64,000 bases of DNA from Candidatus Latescibacterota bacterium. Lineage in GTDB: Bacteria > Latescibacterota > UBA2968 > UBA8231. The translations under genes and the position numbers were made by a program. A model generated the notes under the pieces. That model saw only the letters and a program-made list of their open reading frames with translations, searched no databases and was not told the DNA's origin. This document shows, piece after piece, positions 59,266 to 64,000 of the stretch (position 1 is its first letter; the number at the start of each line of letters is the position of its first letter). Where the stretch lies: the NCBI GenBank assembly GCA_965221775.1, contig CBDCSU010000006.1, positions 1,152,001-1,216,000 on the forward strand, given 5' to 3'.

Positions 59266-60593
59266 CCAAACGGCAGGCGCACTTCCAAGCTTTCGGCTAC
59301 GAACCGCTGCGCATGAAGCCCGTGCATTTCGCCTCCGGCTTTTTCATCGCCCTGAAAGGGCAGGTCTACGCCAACGAGCTCCTGAACAAGGTCGCGGTGA
59401 CCCAAGCGAACAAGGGATTGCAGCACGGCTATACCGCAGAAGATCTCCTCGCCAAGCTGAAAGCCGACCAGCTGGTCTCGTCGACGATGACGCAGGCAGA
59501 TGTCGAACTGCTTCGCGTTCAGGTCAATGGCGTCGTCAATAATGATGCCGCAATGTATCCCGCGTTTCACCCCTACCGACCGAAGGGAAACGACTACACG
59601 TTTATCTCGCCTCGCGTGCTGACCACTGCCAACCGGACCGACGGCTTCGCCGGGCTCTTCGTCTTTGCCGTCCTCGACGAGACCGCTTCCGGAAAGGCCA
59701 TCCTTGATGCCGGGCGCGAGCTTGCAGCGGAACCCCAAGGCGCGCTGGAGCAGCTCGTCGCACCGCTACTCGAGGACGAGGATCCGGAGACGCGGGAGCT
59801 TCTGGAGAGCTACGAGCGCGATTTCGGCGTGCTCGATCCGGCGCGCATCGCGTCAATCGCCGCCGACATGCAGGCGGAAACCGACGCTCTGCAACGCCTG
59901 TGCGCCAACATGATGGGCTACAGCCACTACAAGAAAATCCGATACTACGTTCTCGGGCTCCTGGCTTGGCTGATGAGTTACATGCTCAAGACGGCCTCCC
60001 CCGAACAGTCGAAGACACCTCTGATGTTCTTTGACTTCATGGGCGAGAGGGACGGGCGTATCCGCACGCAGAGCCAAACGTGCTACGCACGTCTGCGGGA
60101 AACCGTGCGCCGGTCCTACAGCGAATTCGCTGCCTCCGGCCGGTTCGATCCCGACCCAATCGCCAAGGGGCTATTCAGCCCGAAAGAGCGGCCGGACGAA
60201 ACCAATTTCAAGTTCTTGGAAGAACACTTCAGCAATCTCGCCTTGCGCATGGGCTATATCCAGCCCCGTGCCTCGCGGGTGCGCCTAAAGCACTTCGAGC
60301 TTCAGCCCGACACGCTGCGGGTCCTGATGCTGAGCATTCTCGACGTCGATGCGGGGAACGCGATCACGCTCGACGACGTGTGCAAACGCCTTGGCCACAC
60401 CTGGAGCGTCGTCGTGGGGGCGCTTGGAGTCGATCTCGAGTCCCTGCGGGAGCAGGACTATTTCGGGTTCGACGAAGAAGACCTCCGCCACAACACGGCC
60501 GCATTCTCGCAGCATCTCAAGAGTCTCAGCATGGCATTCGAACCCTCCGATGGTCTGGTGCTTTGCTCCACGGATATCGGGGAAGTTCTTTGA
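59262..60593 (+). CDS. DndG(DptG)-like protein, 443 aa
   Basis: ATGA overlap and GGAAGGA RBS; position and size match DndG; C-terminal GYIQPR...LQPDTLRVLM...ITLDDVCKRL...SDG pattern; true start 59262, not 58812. Confidence 0.6.
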   Translation: MTKRQAHFQAFGYEPLRMKPVHFASGFFIALKGQVYANELLNKVAVTQANKGLQHGYTAEDLLAKLKADQLVSSTMTQADVELLRVQVNGVVNNDAAMYPAFHPYRPKGNDYTFISPRVLTTANRTDGFAGLFVFAVLDETASGKAILDAGRELAAEPQGALEQLVAPLLEDEDPETRELLESYERDFGVLDPARIASIAADMQAETDALQRLCANMMGYSHYKKIRYYVLGLLAWLMSYMLKTASPEQSKTPLMFFDFMGERDGRIRTQSQTCYARLRETVRRSYSEFAASGRFDPDPIAKGLFSPKERPDETNFKFLEEHFSNLALRMGYIQPRASRVRLKHFELQPDTLRVLMLSILDVDAGNAITLDDVCKRLGHTWSVVVGALGVDLESLREQDYFGFDEEDLRHNTAAFSQHLKSLSMAFEPSDGLVLCSTDIGEVL

Positions 60594-63500
60594 ACCGCGA
60601 CGGCTATATCGCGCAGGCCGCCGCGCTGGAAGTCGACCGGGTCATCCGGGAAGCCGGACATTTCTTCTGCCCCGAGCTTCCGGCCATGGACGTCCAGCGC
60701 TTCCTCTCCGCCCTAGCGGAACTCACTGACGACGTGGCCGGGGTGTCCCTCGCACTCGTCGGTTACGAGGTGTCGGAGACCGACCTGCGCGATCGGCTGA
60801 ACGCCATGGCACTGCCGGTCAGGCACGTGACGACTGATCTTCATGTAGCAGCGAAGTGGCGCAACGAGCCGGACAAGCATACGAACATCATCGCGCTCGC
60901 GACTGGCCGCTACCCCGGCGTCAGCACACTCGCGCACTTCCCGCAGGGCAACGCCCGCACCCTGGCGACGCGACTGCTCACATGGGCCCGGACCGAGCAG
61001 GCAGGACTCGCGTCCACCCCCGCGCAACGACGGCTCCTCGAAGCGCTCGCCGAGACTCGCGCCCTGTCCCCGCTGGTGTCCCTGAACGGCGTCGCCGGGT
61101 TTCTCGCGACTTGGAGCGCGAGCCAAGCGGAGGACGCGCTCGATGCGCCCCGCGGTGCGTTACCCCGTCTCGGCATTCTACCAGACCGGAAACTGTTCGG
61201 AGCCGTCGACGAGATCCCTCAGCGCCTGTCGCAGAATTACCGTTTGACCCAGAACTTGGCCAAGATGCCCGGACAGACGCTCGAGGCGATTCGCCGCCGG
61301 ATCCGCAGAAGCCGGTCCCCACATCGCGCCAGACGCCTGGAGATTCTCGAAAGGGTGGAGGCAATCCGCCACACGGGCGGCTTCGATACCTTCAGCGCGC
61401 TGGACTACGAGGACGCACGGGGAATCCTCTCACCTCCGAAGGACGATCGGGCACCCGGCCCACCCGCTGACCCCGACCAGGAGCAGAGAGACAACGGCTT
61501 GCCACGCGACACGCTCGACGAGAGGGATGTCTCGAGAGAGGGTGGCGAAGCGCTTCTCGACGGGGATGACAAGACGCTACAGGACATCACTGAGCGCGTC
61601 GGCCAGGCTCTCCACGATGCGATGGAGGAGGACGAAGACGAGGCCAGCGGCGAGTACGCCGTCAATGGTGACGAACGCCGGTTCGAACTCCAGATCGACC
61701 GCGAACTTCTGACCTGGGTTCGCTTCTTCTGTGGGGCCGATGCTTGGGGTGGGTGCTTCGAAACGCGAGACCCGTCCCTCGAGACCGCACTGCGCCACTA
61801 CGGCCAATGCGAGCCGATCCAGATCCGGCCGACAGAAGCAACGATTGCCCACATCGACGAGATGCACGATCTGCGCTCGGCCATCAAGCTCATGCAGGAC
61901 GCGTTGCACCGCGCCGGGATCACCTCGGAAGACTTCTGCGGGCTCTGGGACCGCATCGTGGCTGCGCGCCGGGTGTTGCTGGAGGATCTCGAATTCCTGC
62001 TCTTCCAGCCAACATTGGCGATCGCCGGCAAGCCGAAGCTCCGGGCGGCAGCGGCCGAACTCGTCCAAGCTTGGGAGCGCCTCTACGACAGGTTGGCCCA
62101 CCATCACAAGGACATGGAGCGAATTGACCGGGCCTGGACTCACATGCTCCTGGAAGCCGTCGCCTCGCTCGACGTCGTCCAGATCAAGACCAGGCTGGAT
62201 GCCCGACGATCGTCCTGGAAAGCGATCCTGCTGCCGACCCATCCCCTGCATCTGTGGCGCTACGAGAGAATGGCCACGCTTGCCCGCGGACTGGGACTCG
62301 AGGGACTAGACCGCATAGCAGTGCTTGAGCAGCTCGAACAGCCCGAGCACTATCTCGGCGTGCTCTGGCTCACGAGCTTCCCCGAGGGCAGAGGCGGAAG
62401 CCAGCCACTGCCCGTCGCGCGTGACTATCGCGGGCTGGGGGTCTTCGAGAACCTGCGAAATGCCTATAGCGGAAGTGACGGGGTCGAGGCGCTGCAACGC
62501 TGCGTTCGCCAGTTCGCACAAATCTACGTAAACCATACACAACCGCTGCGGCTTGCCTTGGTCAATCCGCCGAACGCAAGCGAGATGCTGTTGACCCTGC
62601 TCAAGGACAGTCGCGGGCGCCTCGCTCCCCCAGTGCCCTTGCTCGTCGACATCTATGCGACGCAGAACCATGAGGCCCGCATCGTCGGCGCGCGACGGTT
62701 CTCCACCGAGGACCGCGACCAGATCGAAGAACACATCGGCAACGGACGACTGCGGCTGCGCGTCCATGACCGCGTGACATCGCTGGAGGAACGGCTTCGC
62801 AGCTTCCAGGAGAAACCCGTCCACATCATCGCCGTGTTCGACGAAGCCACAACCAGCATGCGCCAGCAGCCCGGCGGCATCAATCTGCTACCCATGAGTC
62901 CGTTCGCAACGCGTCGGCGGATCGACTATCAGGCGATCAGCGGACAAGTTGAACTCCTGCCGTCACTGGAGGAGTCGGTGTTCCGGGCCTTTTACGACAT
63001 GCAGGGCAAACTGGATGCTCGGTCCGGTCAGACACCGCAAGCGACCGCCGACGCCCAGCAGATGCGCGAGCATATCGAGTCTGTCCTCACGGGCACCTGC
63101 CCGGGCGCGTTCTGGTTCTTCTTCGCCGATCGGGCGCTGCCCTCGCCCAGCGGTGCGCGGGTGGCGCGCATCCTGGAGCGACGCGACGGGCGGCGTCGCT
63201 CAGTCTGCTACGACGCGAGTTACGAGCGCTTGGCGCTGCTGCTCCGACAGCCACTGGACCAGTTCAATCTCCGCTTCTCCCCGCAACAACTCAAGGAGCT
63301 TATGGAAGAAGGCGTTATTCTGCTGGGCGATGGGCTGATCGATCTCTTCGGGGCCGACGGGCAGCCCGACCCAGCACGGGTCCTTGGCTTTGCCGGCATG
63401 CTGATCGCCGCTCGCGACTACAAGGCACGCCACCCCCAAGCGCTCGTCGTGTCCGTCGATACCCGTCTCGCACGCTTGTGGTTGCGCCTTTCCGATTCCG

Positions 63501-64000
63501 GCGAGCGCTGCGACCTCCTAGGTCTGCGCCATGAGGACGGCACGATGGTCGTCGAGGCAATCGAGGTGAAGACCGTCGGGACCGGCAGTGACGCCGTCGC
63601 ACAGGCGGACATCGAGAAGGCAACCGGTCAACTCGCATCCACGCTCGCCGCCATCCAGTCGGGCTTGGAGGAGAACGAGGAATCCTCGCCGCTTGCCGCC
63701 CCGCGCCAGGAAATGCTCAAGGAACTATTCGTGTCGGGCTGCCAGGCGCTGAAAGCCGGTCGCGAGGACCGCGAGCGTTGGGTGGAGTGGCTGCGGGTGC
63801 TGTTTCGCGAGATCGAGGGCGCCACCGAGACCCAGCTGCGCGGTACGGTCTACGCCGTTGAACTCAGCCACAACGGTCCGCCCGAGGAGGCAATCCTCGA
63901 CGCCACCTCTCATGCCATCGTCCTGCGCCGTGTCAGGGAAGCGCGGATCCAGCAACTGCTCTCCCCGGAAGTGCCTCCCCCGCAGGGCGACGACGACCCG
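60590..64000 (+). CDS. DndH(DptH)-like large protein with PD-(D/E)xK nuclease motif; 3'-truncated by the window; missing from the ORF track
   Basis: Manual translation from TTG 60590 (TTGA overlap) is open for 1137 codons to the window end; AKWRN, LGILPD...RLSQN, LLPTHPL, RCDLLGL...IEVK...KATGQL. Confidence 0.75.
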   Translation, partial: MNRDGYIAQAAALEVDRVIREAGHFFCPELPAMDVQRFLSALAELTDDVAGVSLALVGYEVSETDLRDRLNAMALPVRHVTTDLHVAAKWRNEPDKHTNIIALATGRYPGVSTLAHFPQGNARTLATRLLTWARTEQAGLASTPAQRRLLEALAETRALSPLVSLNGVAGFLATWSASQAEDALDAPRGALPRLGILPDRKLFGAVDEIPQRLSQNYRLTQNLAKMPGQTLEAIRRRIRRSRSPHRARRLEILERVEAIRHTGGFDTFSALDYEDARGILSPPKDDRAPGPPADPDQEQRDNGLPRDTLDERDVSREGGEALLDGDDKTLQDITERVGQALHDAMEEDEDEASGEYAVNGDERRFELQIDRELLTWVRFFCGADAWGGCFETRDPSLETALRHYGQCEPIQIRPTEATIAHIDEMHDLRSAIKLMQDALHRAGITSEDFCGLWDRIVAARRVLLEDLEFLLFQPTLAIAGKPKLRAAAAELVQAWERLYDRLAHHHKDMERIDRAWTHMLLEAVASLDVVQIKTRLDARRSSWKAILLPTHPLHLWRYERMATLARGLGLEGLDRIAVLEQLEQPEHYLGVLWLTSFPEGRGGSQPLPVARDYRGLGVFENLRNAYSGSDGVEALQRCVRQFAQIYVNHTQPLRLALVNPPNASEMLLTLLKDSRGRLAPPVPLLVDIYATQNHEARIVGARRFSTEDRDQIEEHIGNGRLRLRVHDRVTSLEERLRSFQEKPVHIIAVFDEATTSMRQQPGGINLLPMSPFATRRRIDYQAISGQVELLPSLEESVFRAFYDMQGKLDARSGQTPQATADAQQMREHIESVLTGTCPGAFWFFFADRALPSPSGARVARILERRDGRRRSVCYDASYERLALLLRQPLDQFNLRFSPQQLKELMEEGVILLGDGLIDLFGADGQPDPARVLGFAGMLIAARDYKARHPQALVVSVDTRLARLWLRLSDSGERCDLLGLRHEDGTMVVEAIEVKTVGTGSDAVAQADIEKATGQLASTLAAIQSGLEENEESSPLAAPRQEMLKELFVSGCQALKAGREDRERWVEWLRVLFREIEGATETQLRGTVYAVELSHNGPPEEAILDATSHAIVLRRVREARIQQLLSPEVPPPQGDDDP

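Larger units (their letters stand above)
54550..64000. mobile_element. Probable horizontally acquired defence island (left part; continues beyond the window)
   Basis: Shift to lower GC and relaxed codon usage after the allA-like stop; TA remnants and defence-type operon; no integrase or att site seen. Confidence 0.6.

Noticed and set aside
55354-64000. Canonical Druantia type I or canonical Dnd system
   Set aside because: No DruE helicase motifs and no dndABCDE in the window, and DUF4338 is fused rather than free. Genes beyond the window cannot be excluded.

Overview
High-GC bacterial chromosomal segment. A FlgD-Ig C-terminal domain, a heparinase/FG-GAP protein and an alpha2-type GlyRS suggest an FCB-superphylum organism such as Latescibacterota or Gemmatimonadota (inference only). 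About 1-54.5 kb is mostly housekeeping and metabolic genes: SSS transporter, Zn-ADH, glycosyltransferase, orphan N4C/N6A methyltransferase, ggt, ltaE, redox proteins, a TetR-regulated two-permease RND pump, aroC, a UxaA-like dehydratase, carA, a histone-like SWIB protein, proC-hisH-hisF-proB-ftsB-recO-glyQS, tRNA-Leu(TAG)-tig-clpP-clpX-engB-serA-purA-prpB-prpC and a small catabolic cluster. A lower-GC single-gene insert lies at about 7.3-8.75 kb. From about 54.55 kb a lower-GC island begins with two toxin-less antitoxin genes. These are followed by the most notable feature, a translationally coupled three-gene operon: (1) a 1303-aa fusion of a DruA/DUF4338-like domain with a DndF(DptF)-like P-loop ATPase, (2) a 443-aa DndG-like protein, and (3) a DndH-like protein of more than 1137 aa with a PD-(D/E)xK nuclease motif, absent from the supplied ORF track because it runs off the window. 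No dndABCDE phosphorothioation genes or Druantia druE are visible. This is a candidate hybrid defence system in which a DUF4338 (Mom/GNAT-like) domain may replace phosphorothioation as the self mark or sensor. Family calls come from motif recognition by eye, not database searches.
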